Under the pieces are notes generated by a model, which saw nothing but the letters and a program-made list of their open reading frames with translations, had not been told where the DNA came from and ran no database searches. Shown here in pieces: positions 31,192 to 41,313 of a stretch of 64,000 nucleotides of DNA (within the stretch, counting starts at the first letter, position 1; every line of letters starts with the position of its first letter). The DNA comes from a bacterium (GTDB taxonomy: Bacteria > SAR324 > NAC60-12), in the NCBI GenBank assembly GCA_965205865.1, contig CBDBHR010000030.1, forward strand, positions 864,001-928,000, written 5' to 3'. Position numbers and translations under genes: made by a program.

Positions 31192-31413
31192 ATGACAGTT
31201 AAAGTAACGATGAACTTGACAGAACGCGATGTTGAAAATACGGAAAAATTGACAACTCTCCTTCATTCTCGCAGTAAAGCCGCCACCGTCAGTACGGCCT
31301 TATCGGTTACAGCAACCATTGCCGATATTATCGAGAAGGGGGGATCTGTGATGATACGCAATAAAGATGGAAGTATGGATCGTCTCATCATCACAGGACT
31401 CGCCCATGAATAA
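31192..31413 (+). CDS. Small hypothetical protein, possible ribbon-helix-helix
   Basis: GAGGAG RBS, TTGACA-N17-CATACT promoter at ~31122; MTVKVTMNL beta-strand then helices. Confidence 0.6.
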   Translation: MTVKVTMNLTERDVENTEKLTTLLHSRSKAATVSTALSVTATIADIIEKGGSVMIRNKDGSMDRLIITGLAHE

Positions 31414-31456
31414 TCAGAAAAAATGGCACCGTTCATTTTCCAGTTTACAGTTCCTC

Positions 31457-31526
31457 TGTCATCCTCGCGAAGGCGGGGATCCATCTTCGCGACTACCACT
31501 GGATTCCTGCCTGCGCAGGAATGACA
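31457..31526. repeat. REP-like doublet
   Basis: TGTCATCCTCGCGAAGGCGGGGATCCA...TGGATTCCTGCCTGCGCAGGAATGACA. Confidence 0.7.
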
Positions 31527-31699
31527 ACAAAGGCGGCAAACTGTAAACTACTTTTTACTATTTTTGTAGGGTCCCGAAAAAATCCGTGGATGTTCAAGAT
31601 TGAGCAGATGATTCCCAAAAAGTCGAAACAAGACCGGCTTATGAATCCGATGTTCATTTTTATCGGGTCGTTGTCTGGGCATTGAGTATCGTTGTCATT

Positions 31700-31925
31700 T
31701 TATCCATAAATCGCTGCACCGCCAGGTCCACTTTCTCTCCCATGAATCCGCACGTGCCGCCGACCAGAATCGGCAACTGCAGGCCGATCAGGGAGACGAC
31801 CGGGATGAGGGCATTTTTGATGGTGTGTCTCAAGACAACCACCCGCTCCTTGAGTCCCTTGGACCAGGCGGTGCGGATATAGTCCTGCCTTAAGACCTCC
31901 AGCATCATGGTGCGTGTCATCCGCT
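31700..31925 (-). pseudogene. DppB::DppC deletion chimera fragment
   Basis: ...[26 protein letters not shown]. Confidence 0.8.
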
Positions 31926-32164
31926 GCGGCACGGATGCACTCCTTGAGATTAACCGTCGTGCGCCGCTCTTCGTCCATGATGCCGATTTTATGGGAAGGA
32001 GTCCCATGATTTAGAAAGATTTCGAGCGCATTTTCGGACGAGTCGCCCCTGAGGAGATGACCGTTTTTTAAAAAAGGCGGAAGCCATGACCAAACGAGAA
32101 TGGAGTCCCAAGAAACCAGGGAGACCTAAAAAAGATAAAAATTAGTAACTGTCCCCGGATTTGA

Positions 32165-32254
32165 GGAGGGTTGCTCGTGAGAGGAACAAAAGATTCAAAG
32201 CAAAATGCCGGAAAAAACGCGGGGGTGGGCGTCCGATGCAACGGCTTGTTGTGC
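32165..32254 (-). other. Truncated attC-like site (left half)
   Basis: GCACAAC-AAGCC-GTTGCATC; cut by RAYT-element TIR at 32140-32162. Confidence 0.55.
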
Positions 32255-32485
32255 CGGATTTGACCGGGCCCGTTGTTGTCACCAAAGGCCTTGGCATGAA
32301 AACGGTAGCACTGGTGGTACGGCATTCCGACTCCGCTCCAGTGACACCCTGCTGAGAGCTCCTTTTCACCGGAATGGAATCCGGTGCCACCATTCCCTCT
32401 CAAGACCCCCAAGACCCTGTTTATAGACACCCGCGATTTACGCCCCTCCCAAAATTCGTCCCGCCTGAGTCCCGTCACGGAACGA

Positions 32486-32612
32486 GAGGCACGTTAAGTT
32501 CAGCGGTGGCGGGCTCACGCTACTGAAGGTTGTAAAAGCAAGAAATGACGCCTGAGAACAAACCTTTGAACATGCGCCAAATCCCGCCATCCGTTGCAAC
32601 ACTTTGTTGAAA
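32486..32612 (-). other. attC-like site
   Basis: TTTCAAC-N5-GTTGCAAC-GGATGGCGGG...CCCGCCACC-GCTGAAC-N5-GTGCCTC (R' degenerate). Confidence 0.6.
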
Positions 32613-32629
32613 GCATTGTTGTGCAATTT

Positions 32630-32866
32630 TTATAGTCGATCATACTCTTCCGGTGCTCCATCTGGCACTTTAGATAAGGCATTTTCAAACTTGTGACGGT
32701 CTCCTCTTTGCGCTCTTTCTTCCAGGTAATCTACTGTCATCAAAGCCGACATTTTCTCTGCTAGAGCAGTAGTAATGAATTGGTTTATCGAAACTCCATC
32801 TTGCTTGGCTAATTCCTTTACTTTTTTGTGGATAGACTCAGGAAGTCTCAGACTAATTGCTCCCAT
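32630..32866 (-). CDS. RHH antitoxin (HicB-like)
   Basis: ISLRLPESIHKKVKELAKQDGVSINQFITTALAEK. Confidence 0.85.
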   Translation of the reverse strand: MGAISLRLPESIHKKVKELAKQDGVSINQFITTALAEKMSALMTVDYLEERAQRGDRHKFENALSKVPDGAPEEYDRL

Positions 32867-32868
32867 TA

Positions 32869-33340
32869 TCACTCTCCTATATGTTCTAAAAATTCTTTCG
32901 GCGTTATGGCTTGGATTCCAAATTGATCGATTCCATTAAAATCTTTAAGGTTGTAGGTAAGAATAAACTTCCCCCTTGCCTTAACCGCTAACTCAAGCAC
33001 AAGATCATTTTTTGGGTCTTTAAGAAATGGTCGCCATAGAAAAAAGATGTCATGTCGGTTAGCTACCTGACATAAATAGTCAAGAATATCGTCAATATAT
33101 TTTTCAGAACTTGATCAATCTGAGCGAGAGCCGGAGATAGACAAAATTGAGGATTTGATCTATAGAGAGTTGAAGTTCACTGCGTTTTGCTACATCTTCA
33201 TACTCAAGCACAAGAGGAACAGAAAGATTAATTTCAAAGCTACCTCCTCCAATAAGGGACAACAGCTTAAATGAAGCTCCTTTTTTTGATTTCAGTGCTG
33301 ATATGAAAACATTTGTATCAATCACAATTTGAGTAGCCAT
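32869..33340 (-). pseudogene. PIN-family toxin disrupted by ~50-bp insert
   Basis: IVIDTNVFISAL...; resumes IDDILDYLC...WRPFLKDPKNDLVLELAV after break at ~33100-33155. Confidence 0.8.
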
Positions 33341-33418
33341 ATTGATGGTATCGCATTTAATACCAAATATGTCAATGTTTTATTTGAGATATTAGAGAAA
33401 TGCTTTAGGATTTGAAGC

Positions 33419-33536
33419 TTCCAACCATTTAGATAAGCGGATTTCCACACACTTCATTAATGGCAAGGAATGATCGTATTGGCAAGGATTTTTGAAACGG
33501 CGAGGATGGAAATTCCGCTTCATCTTTTTGTTGGAC
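33419..33536 (-). other. attC site
   Basis: GTCCAAC-N5-GATGAAGC...GCTTATC-N6-GTTGGAA; extrahelical base in L box. Confidence 0.75.
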
Positions 33537-33737
33537 AGAGCCGCGGATTCATGGCAACTACTTTTCTCATGCCTCTGCCCCTATGGAGAACCAATCTTCT
33601 TCTTTGGGCGAAAAGTGAAGGCAAGAGCTCCATTTTTCTTTCTTTACCCACATCTTCTTCTACCCACATTGAAAATCACCTCCCGTGCTAATCCTTGGTT
33701 ATTGGCTTTGGCGGCCTCATAGATGAGGGAGAGCCTC

Positions 33738-34696
33738 CTAAGCGAAGGGGTTGAGCAGTCTGGAGAAGAATCCTCGTTTGCGTTTCACCATCGCGGTGCC
33801 GTAACTGCCCTCTCCGCCCCTGAGCCTGGGATCGAGCAGATCGCGCATGGCATCGCCGAACATGTTGAAGGAGTAGACGACAATCGTCAGGCAAAGCCCC
33901 GGCCACAGGGCTAGATGGGGCACTATCTCCATGTACTGACGTCCTTCCCGGCTGAGCAGACCGCCCCAACTGGGAACCTTGAGGGGCAGACCGAATCCCA
34001 GGAAGCTCAAAGAAGCCTCAGAGATAATCACCCCGCCGATGTTGATGCTGAAGATGATGATGAGGGGGGCCACAATATTGGGCAGGACATGCTGGATAAA
34101 TATTCTCCCCTGGGTGCAGCCAATCGCCTTGGCTGCCTGAAAATACACATTCTCTTTGATACCAATCACAGCGCTGCGGACAATTCTTGAGGCGCTGATG
34201 CCCCCGACGACCCCCAGGACCACGATGATCTGCAGAACCCCCCGTCCCACGATGGACATGATGGTCAACAGCAAGAGCAGTCCCGGAAAAGACATCCAGG
34301 CGTCGACAAAGCGCTGCACCGCCAGGTCCAGTTTGCCGCCAAGGAATCCGGAAATGCCGCCGATCAGGACAGCGACGACAATATTAAGAGTGGTCGCTGC
34401 CAGACCGACCGTTAACGAAAGACGAGCCCCGTGGATCAGGCGGCTGAAGAGGTCTCGCCCTATATGGTCGGTCCCCAGAAAATACTGGGCTGACGGGCCC
34501 TGCAGCATGTCTGACATGTGTATTTCCATATAACCTAAGGGGCCAAAACATCGGCAAAGAGCGCCACCACCATAAAGAGCAAGACGATCATCCCACAGAA
34601 CGTCCCCAGCGGCTTCTCCTTGAGAAGCCTGCTGAAGAAATCCACAAACCGGCCCCGTCGCTTGGGCTCACGGATGGGGAAGGATTTCTCACTCAT
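33738..34696 (-). pseudogene. DppC-type permease, frameshift near 34535
   Basis: 5' part MSEKSFPIREPKRRG...LAP hits a stop; remainder open 33738-34529. Confidence 0.85.
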
Positions 34697-35651
34697 ACCG
34701 CACCCTCGGGTCCAGATAGGGATAAATCAGGTCGATCATTAGATTGACCCCTACAACCAAAGTGGCGAAAACCAGGTTGACTCCGGAGACCACCGGGTAG
34801 TCTCGGTCATTGAGGGCATTTACCAAGAGACGCCCGATCCCTGGCAGGTTGAAGATGTTCTCCATGATCACCGCGCCGCCGACCAGGATCGGCAACTGCA
34901 GGCCGATCAGGGTGATAACCGGGATGAGGGCATTTTTGATGGTGTGCCGGATAATCACGACCCGCTCCCTGAGCCCCTTGGACCAGGCGGTGCGGATATA
35001 GTCCTGCCGGAGCACCTCGAGCATCATGGTACGCATCATGCGCATGGTGGCGGCCGCTGAAGCCGTTCCCAGGATCAGGCTAGGAATAAAGAACCCCCAG
35101 AGATTCCCTAGCGGGTCCTCTGTGAAAGAAACAAGTTCCAGCGGCGGCGCCCAGCCCCACCAGATTGCTGGGAAAATCATGACCATAATTCCCAGCCAGA
35201 AGTTAGGGGTTGCCAGGCCGATGATGGCGATGCTACGCCCTACGTAGTCGGCGGCCGTATCCTGGCGAATCGCCGAGTAGATGCCGACGGGCAGCGCTAT
35301 CAAGATTCCGATTACGATTGCCATGACGCCGAGCTCAATGGTTACCGGCAGTCTATCTATTATCTTCTCCTCCACCGCCCCACGGCCCATCAGTGATTCG
35401 CCAAGGGTGCCGTGCAGGAAAATACCTCCTATCCAGCGTGCATACTGCACGTAGACAGGCACGTCTAATCCCAGCCGACGCTCAAGAGCTTCACGGTCAA
35501 TTTCCCCAAAGCCACCCGCGTAATCCATCCTACCCACTATTACGTCTATTACATCGCCCGGGATGAAGCGGACGGAGAGAAAGACCAGGATGGTCAATAT
35601 AAACAAGGTGGGGATTATCAGCAATAACCTCCTGATTATATAGGCTCTCAT
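34689..35651 (-). CDS. DppB/OppB-type ABC permease
   Basis: Full-length, canonical motifs. Confidence 0.95.
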   Translation of the reverse strand: MRAYIIRRLLLIIPTLFILTILVFLSVRFIPGDVIDVIVGRMDYAGGFGEIDREALERRLGLDVPVYVQYARWIGGIFLHGTLGESLMGRGAVEEKIIDRLPVTIELGVMAIVIGILIALPVGIYSAIRQDTAADYVGRSIAIIGLATPNFWLGIMVMIFPAIWWGWAPPLELVSFTEDPLGNLWGFFIPSLILGTASAAATMRMMRTMMLEVLRQDYIRTAWSKGLRERVVIIRHTIKNALIPVITLIGLQLPILVGGAVIMENIFNLPGIGRLLVNALNDRDYPVVSGVNLVFATLVVGVNLMIDLIYPYLDPRVRYE

Positions 35652-35674
35652 GTCACACACCTCATTACGATTTC

Positions 35675-36265
35675 CCCCGTCATTCCCGCGAAAAGCCTGC
35701 CCCGGACTGGATCCGGGGCCGGAATCCACCTTCCACGTCTTTCCGGCCCCTTCCACTGAAGGGCGCGGCACTCTCTAAGGTGCGAATGACCCCTGCCAAG
35801 AAACTGGCCTCTCACCGTTTTGGGGAGTCCAGAGGGGTGAAACCCCTTTGAAACGGGGGTTCAAGGGGGTGTCCCCCTTGATTCCCCCCATCATTCCGCC
35901 GAAAGGCGGAATCCACCTCCCCCGTCATTGCGGTGAAAACCGCAATCCACTTAGACGATCCCCTTGCCCGGCTCACACGGCACTCCCTAAGGTGCGCATG
36001 ACCCTTGCCAAAAAAACCTGGCCTCTCACCGTTTTGGGGAGTCCAGAGGGGTGAAACCCCTTTGGAACGGGGGTTCAAGGGGGTGTCCCCCTTGATTCTC
36101 CCCGTCATTCCGCCGAAAGGCGGAATCCAGAGTAATTTCAAATGGTTGCGTTTTCTGGATTCCGGGTCTCCGCCCGGAATGACAGTGAGAAAGCGCTGCT
36201 CGCAATGACATTCCACTCAACCCCGTCATTGCGAGCCCCGATTTATCGGGGCGTGGCAATCTCGT
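35675..36265. repeat. REP cluster with ~150-bp direct repeat
   Basis: ~35767-35915 repeated at ~35979-36130; ATTCCGCCGAAAGGCGGAATCCA palindromes. Confidence 0.8.
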
Positions 36266-36353
36266 CGCCCTCTCCAGGGGTATGGGAGCTGGGAAGCCTG
36301 AACCTCCCAGCTCCCTTTTTCCCTAAGGTCACAAGCCACAAGGGGTGAAACCC

Positions 36354-38153
36354 CTAATGACCCATTGCTTTCTTCAGCTCACTATCAATCCAGAGGCGGG
36401 CGTAGACGGTGTTATACTGACCGCTTCCCAGGAAGTATTCATTGTTGTAGCCTATGACCCACGGCTGGACTGGCAAGAAAATTGGGGGCATAGGACCAAA
36501 TATCGCCCAGAACTTCTCTATCGCATACTGGTGCATCTCTCCAAGAATCCTGTTCTGCTCCTCGATGGTGGTAGCGGCTCCGGCGTCTTCAAACTTGGCG
36601 TTATACCACGAGTCGTTGACATTGGAGGTGTTCCATGGTGCGTCCTTCTGATAGCGCTGTAGGATTACCGATAGGATCCACCTCCCGGCCGCTTCCGCAC
36701 TGATCATTTCGAAATCGTCCTCACTTCTTCTAGCGACAAAGTCCGCTGTTGTCACTACCTGAATCTCGACATCAACGCCAATCTTATTCCAGTATGAAGC
36801 GACTAATTCTACATAGTTCAAATCATAGACATCGCGGTGGTAATGGGTGACCTTGAATCGAACGCCGTCCGCGCCGCGCTTGTATCCGGCCTCATCAAGC
36901 AACGCTTCGGCACCTTCCGGGTCGTAGTCAAAGACCTTCTTGACATCTTCGGGCCACTCTTCAAAATTCGGGATAGCCTCTGTCATATTACGGTTTACCA
37001 GCCCCTGGGGTGTCACATCTGCATAACCCTTATAGTAGGCGTTGTTAATTGTCTCGAGGTCAATGGCCATCTGCATTGCCTTGCGCACCCTGATGTCGTC
37101 AAAGGGCGGCAACTTAACGTTCATACCAAAACCATTCACCGAGTCTCGAGAATACGAATCTATCACGAGTTCGGGGTTAGTCCGCTGCAGGCTCTCTACC
37201 TGGTCGAGAGTCCTGAATGTGTATCCAATATCAACCTTACCTGTGCGCAGTGCCGCCAGTTGTGTTGCCACTTCTGGCATAAACAGGGCCCTTAACTGGT
37301 CAATATACGGCAGGCGGTACTCCGGGTATTTTTCGTCGTAGCCCCAGTAGTCAGGATTCTTGTCCCAGGTGACAGAACTGCCCTCGACATACTCGGTCAG
37401 CATCATGGGTCCGGTGCCGACCAGGTTCCTCCAGTCCGTAACGTCCCCGTGTTCCTTGATGACCTCGGGGGGGTATATCCAAGCAGCGTTCTCGTCGAGG
37501 ATAGCAGCCAGCGCTTGGAGGTTTAGCTGCTTCAGCTTAAAAACAACCGTCCACTTGTCGGTGGCTTCTATCGATTCAAATTCCATACCGGCAAAGCCTA
37601 CAGCATGTTCGCTACGTTCGGTGAAACCGCTGCCCATACCCAACAGACGGTGATAGTTGTATTCGACGTCGTATGCATCTAGCTCCCGACCGTTCATCGG
37701 TGGTTTATCATGCCAGTGAACGCCCTGTCGGACTTTGATGACATACGTCAGTGGGTCGGGCTGCGACCAGCTTTCCGCCAGTTGACCTCTCGTGTTAGTT
37801 GGAACGTTGTGATACTGGAAGTCTTCTATGTCCCTGGGCGTTGCCCAGTCCATCATGACCAGTTTCTCGTTGACGCCACCGCAGTAGCTTTGTGACCATA
37901 CACCAGAGATCACGGCGTCAGGACCCGCCGGCTCATCTGCTAGGGCGAAGGTGAATGTCCCGCCGTATTCAGGAGCAGTCACGACCTTACCTGTGCTGGG
38001 GTCGGTGACATACTTCTTCTCAGCCGCGGCTGTCGGGCCGACCCAGAGGGTTGCGCCCAGAATGAAAGCCAGCAGCACCGAGAGGAGTTTCATGGCAGAC
38101 CTGGGGCCTGCCGGGTTCAGCCCCACGAAGGAGGCGACAAGTTTTTTACTCAT
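36354..38153 (-). CDS. ABC peptide/nickel-family substrate-binding protein
   Basis: Family-5 SBP motifs; closest to 27934-29754. Confidence 0.95.
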   Translation of the reverse strand: MSKKLVASFVGLNPAGPRSAMKLLSVLLAFILGATLWVGPTAAAEKKYVTDPSTGKVVTAPEYGGTFTFALADEPAGPDAVISGVWSQSYCGGVNEKLVMMDWATPRDIEDFQYHNVPTNTRGQLAESWSQPDPLTYVIKVRQGVHWHDKPPMNGRELDAYDVEYNYHRLLGMGSGFTERSEHAVGFAGMEFESIEATDKWTVVFKLKQLNLQALAAILDENAAWIYPPEVIKEHGDVTDWRNLVGTGPMMLTEYVEGSSVTWDKNPDYWGYDEKYPEYRLPYIDQLRALFMPEVATQLAALRTGKVDIGYTFRTLDQVESLQRTNPELVIDSYSRDSVNGFGMNVKLPPFDDIRVRKAMQMAIDLETINNAYYKGYADVTPQGLVNRNMTEAIPNFEEWPEDVKKVFDYDPEGAEALLDEAGYKRGADGVRFKVTHYHRDVYDLNYVELVASYWNKIGVDVEIQVVTTADFVARRSEDDFEMISAEAAGRWILSVILQRYQKDAPWNTSNVNDSWYNAKFEDAGAATTIEEQNRILGEMHQYAIEKFWAIFGPMPPIFLPVQPWVIGYNNEYFLGSGQYNTVYARLWIDSELKKAMGH

Positions 38154-38295
38154 AATAACCTCTTTTATTTGAGGGTTTTGAGAATGATTCACCCGCTGTG
38201 GGGCGAATCGGAGTTTCGCGGCGGGCACGGCGCCTGCCACGGGGAACTCTCTGCAGAGGGCGAAAAGTTTCTTCGCGAGCATCTTCATCCGGACT

Positions 38296-38709
38296 ATTTT
38301 TTTGACCAGAATGGGTCTTTTTTGAGGAAAATGAGCGTTTGGAAACCGAGCCCTTCTATTTATATAACGTACCAAGAGCCAGAATATCACCAAAAAAATC
38401 AAATTTTCTCAAAAATTTCCTGAAATTGCTTTCTTTTTTTGACCAGAATGGGTCTTTTTTGAGGAAAATGAGCGTTTGGAAACCGAGCCCTTCTATTTAT
38501 AGAACGTACCAAGAGCCAGAATATCACCAAAAAAATCAAATTTTCTCAAAAATTTCCTGAAATTGCTTTCTTTTTTTGACCAGAATGGGTCTTTTTTGAG
38601 GAAAATGAGCGTTTGGAAACCGAGCCCTTCTATTTATAGAACGTACCAAGAGCCAGAATATCACCAAAAAAATCAAATTTTCTCAAAAATTTCCTGAAAT
38701 TGCTTTCTG
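38296..38709 (-). repeat. Sigma-3'-end/promoter repeat x3 (137-bp period)
   Basis: GACCAGAATG at 38304, 38441, 38578. Confidence 0.95.
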
Positions 38710-39278
38710 GCGCGGTACAACTGTTGGGCGATCCGGTGCTTTTCCGTTTGGCTCAGTTCCTTTCTAGGAAGCGCCAACTCCTCGGCGGCAAGGGCTTCCA
38801 GGGACAGCCCGTCCCAATAGCAGCGGCGCAGCAGCCGAGCGGTCTGGGGATGCTCGTCTTCCAGTTGTGTCATAGCCTCTCCTGCCCGCTCAATCTTCTC
38901 TTCCTGCAATTCCGCCGACTGGGCCTGCCACCAGGCCTGCATAGAGCGCAGGTCATCCACCTCTTCCGGGGCAGCGAGTTCCGGCTGCCGTTTGTCACGT
39001 CTGATTTGGTCCAGCAGATGATTCTGAACGACTCTGTACAGCCAACCCAGGAAGGCTTTATCGGCCTCGCCTTGGAATTTCTCCAGCTTGCTCTCCCACA
39101 AATCCTTCCAGATTTCCTGAACCACCTCATCGGCCTGATGGAGGCTCCGAAACTTGCCAATCAGCGATTGGGCAGTGTGGAGGATATATGCCCTGTAGTG
39201 TTGGTACAACTCCTCAAAAGCCTCTTCCTTCCCTTGAACGGACCCCTCCAGCAGTACCCGCAATGGTTTCCGGTTCAT
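38673..39278 (-). CDS. ECF sigma-70 factor
   Basis: 201 aa, C-terminus RARKQFQEIFEKI. Confidence 0.92.
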   Translation of the reverse strand: MNRKPLRVLLEGSVQGKEEAFEELYQHYRAYILHTAQSLIGKFRSLHQADEVVQEIWKDLWESKLEKFQGEADKAFLGWLYRVVQNHLLDQIRRDKRQPELAAPEEVDDLRSMQAWWQAQSAELQEEKIERAGEAMTQLEDEHPQTARLLRRCYWDGLSLEALAAEELALPRKELSQTEKHRIAQQLYRARKQFQEIFEKI

Positions 39279-39469
39279 CGTTGGACTCGGTTTTGATTTT
39301 CAGCCAAGAACGCCCAAGAACAGCCTCAATATAGGAAAAGCAAGAGGGAAACGCAAGGTGGGGAAAACCGGCCTTGCCATGGAAACCGTTTGCAACTGAT
39401 TTGGAGTCCTTTTTGTTCTAATTGTTCGGCGACTGTCATAAGAACCTCGTGAGCCTCTTCTATCATCGT

Positions 39470-39745
39470 AAATCCGGGGACAGTTACTAATTAATTGCAA
39501 TGGATTCCTTCATTTGATAATGGTTGTAAATAATTATCGAGCATTGAATTTTCACTTCAGCAATGGGAGGTAAGCTAGCCAGGTTAGCGAGAGTGGTACT
39601 TCCAGGGGTCCCCCATCATGTCACCCAAGGAGGGGTTCGCTCCATAAAAATCTTTTCAAGTGACGAGGATCGCAGAGAGTATCTCTCTCTGCTCAACGCG
39701 CATGGAGAAAAAGAAAGATAAAAATTAGTAACTGTCCCCGGATTT
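39470..39745 (+). mobile_element. 276-bp TIR/REP-bounded RAYT remnant
   Basis: Identical to 20149-20424. Confidence 0.85.
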
Positions 39746-39764
39746 TCGAGACTAAATACTCTAA

Positions 39765-39860
39765 GATTTCTCCGGCGATGGCTGAAGGACTGGCTCAGAA
39801 AATCTACTCCATAGAAGAATTATTGATGATCAGAAGACCATCATAACTTTGTCATACAGT
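39765..39860 (+). pseudogene. IS1-like transposase C-terminal remnant
   Basis: SPAMAEGLAQKIYSIEELL resembles TPAMAAGL...WSIEELL. Confidence 0.55.
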
Positions 39861-39990
39861 ACCCAGACGGCAATATGCTCGTCCTGTTTCCCTCTTTCGT
39901 GTATGAGAATTACAAGAAATTTAACGAAGAATCGAAGTAGGATTCGACCCGTCGCTCATTAGCCGAGGGGTCATAGCCGCTCATTCTAAT

Positions 39991-41160
39991 CTATCTCAAT
40001 TCCTGTTCAACGAGCCTGGACCAATAGCTCACGCCAAGCGGCAGGATCTCGTCGTTGAAATCGTAGTTTGGATTGTGGACATAACAGCCGCCTGGACCCC
40101 CTTCAACCCCGTTTCCGATAAAAATATAACAACCGGGACGCTGGTTCAGCATCCAGGAAAAATCTTCGGCTCCCATCGTGGGCGGTTCATCACGAAGAAT
40201 GTTTTCAGCCCCAACGATTGCGGCTGCCGCTGCGGCCGCCTTTTCTGTTTCAATCTCTGTATTGATCGTCGGCAGATAACGCCGATCGTAGCTGAATTCG
40301 ATTCCTACCCCATAGGTGACCCCAACGCCTTCAGCGATTTGCCGTAATTCACGCTCGATCATGTCCTGAGTTTTGGGTTTCAACGCGCGAGTGGTGCCTG
40401 ACAGGACAGCCTCTTCCGCAATCACATTCGAAGTATGCCCCGCATGAACCTGGGTAATACTGACGACGGTGGAATCCAGGGGATTGGTCCGGCGAGCCGC
40501 AACTGTCTGGAAAGCATTGATAATCGCCCCAGCGGCAACCACCGGGTCGTTTCCGTGATGGGGGAAGGCGCCGTGGGCGCCAACACCGGTGATCTTGACC
40601 TCAAAGAAATCGGCCGAAGCCATCACCGGACCAGGTTTGACTGCAAACTTGCTAACGGGCAGCCCTGGCGCGTTGTGCATGCCATAGACAGCCTTGCAGG
40701 GGAATTTGTCGAAAAGCCCATCATCCACCATCACCCGCCCGCCGGCGAGGTTTTCCTCTGCTGGCTGAAAAATAAAATGGACGGTGCCATCGAAATGCTT
40801 CGTTTCTGCTAAATAACGTGCCGCACCCAACAACATCGTGGTGTGGCCGTCATGCCCACAACCATGCATTTTGCCCTCGTGGACAGATTTGTGATCGAAC
40901 TCGTTTAGTTCATGAATGTCGAGAGCGTCCATGTCGGCGCGTAAGCCGATCGACTTCGTGCCATTCCCGACTTTCAACGTCCCGACCACACCGGTTTTGG
41001 CAAGACCTCGATGGACTTCGATGCGATAGGATTCAAGCAATTTCGCAACAATTCCCGCAGTACGCTCTTCCTCGAAGGCGGTTTCGGGATGAGCGTGGAT
41101 GTCTCTGCGGATGCGGGTGAGTTCGTCGTGTGATGCTGCAATGCGGTTGTCAATAATCAT
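39991..41160 (-). CDS. M20D amidohydrolase (hippurate hydrolase-like)
   Basis: RRDIHAHPE, LRADMDAL, MHGCGHDGH, FQPAEE, MGAEDF. Confidence 0.95.
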   Translation of the reverse strand: MIIDNRIAASHDELTRIRRDIHAHPETAFEEERTAGIVAKLLESYRIEVHRGLAKTGVVGTLKVGNGTKSIGLRADMDALDIHELNEFDHKSVHEGKMHGCGHDGHTTMLLGAARYLAETKHFDGTVHFIFQPAEENLAGGRVMVDDGLFDKFPCKAVYGMHNAPGLPVSKFAVKPGPVMASADFFEVKITGVGAHGAFPHHGNDPVVAAGAIINAFQTVAARRTNPLDSTVVSITQVHAGHTSNVIAEEAVLSGTTRALKPKTQDMIERELRQIAEGVGVTYGVGIEFSYDRRYLPTINTEIETEKAAAAAAAIVGAENILRDEPPTMGAEDFSWMLNQRPGCYIFIGNGVEGGPGGCYVHNPNYDFNDEILPLGVSYWSRLVEQELR

Positions 41161-41313
41161 GTATGTCTCCTCTTTTGATTTAAGTCCCAATGGTACGTCG
41201 TTAGTTTCCGGGCTTATGAAATTATTAGCGCAAATTTTTATTCTCTTTCCAAAAAAAAGTCAATGCGATCCAGCAGTGACTCGCCGGTCGGGAGTTCTAC
41301 TAAATAACACTGA

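Noticed and set aside
38296-38709. 137-bp repeats as a CRISPR array
   Set aside because: No unique spacers; unit too long and includes sigma coding sequence
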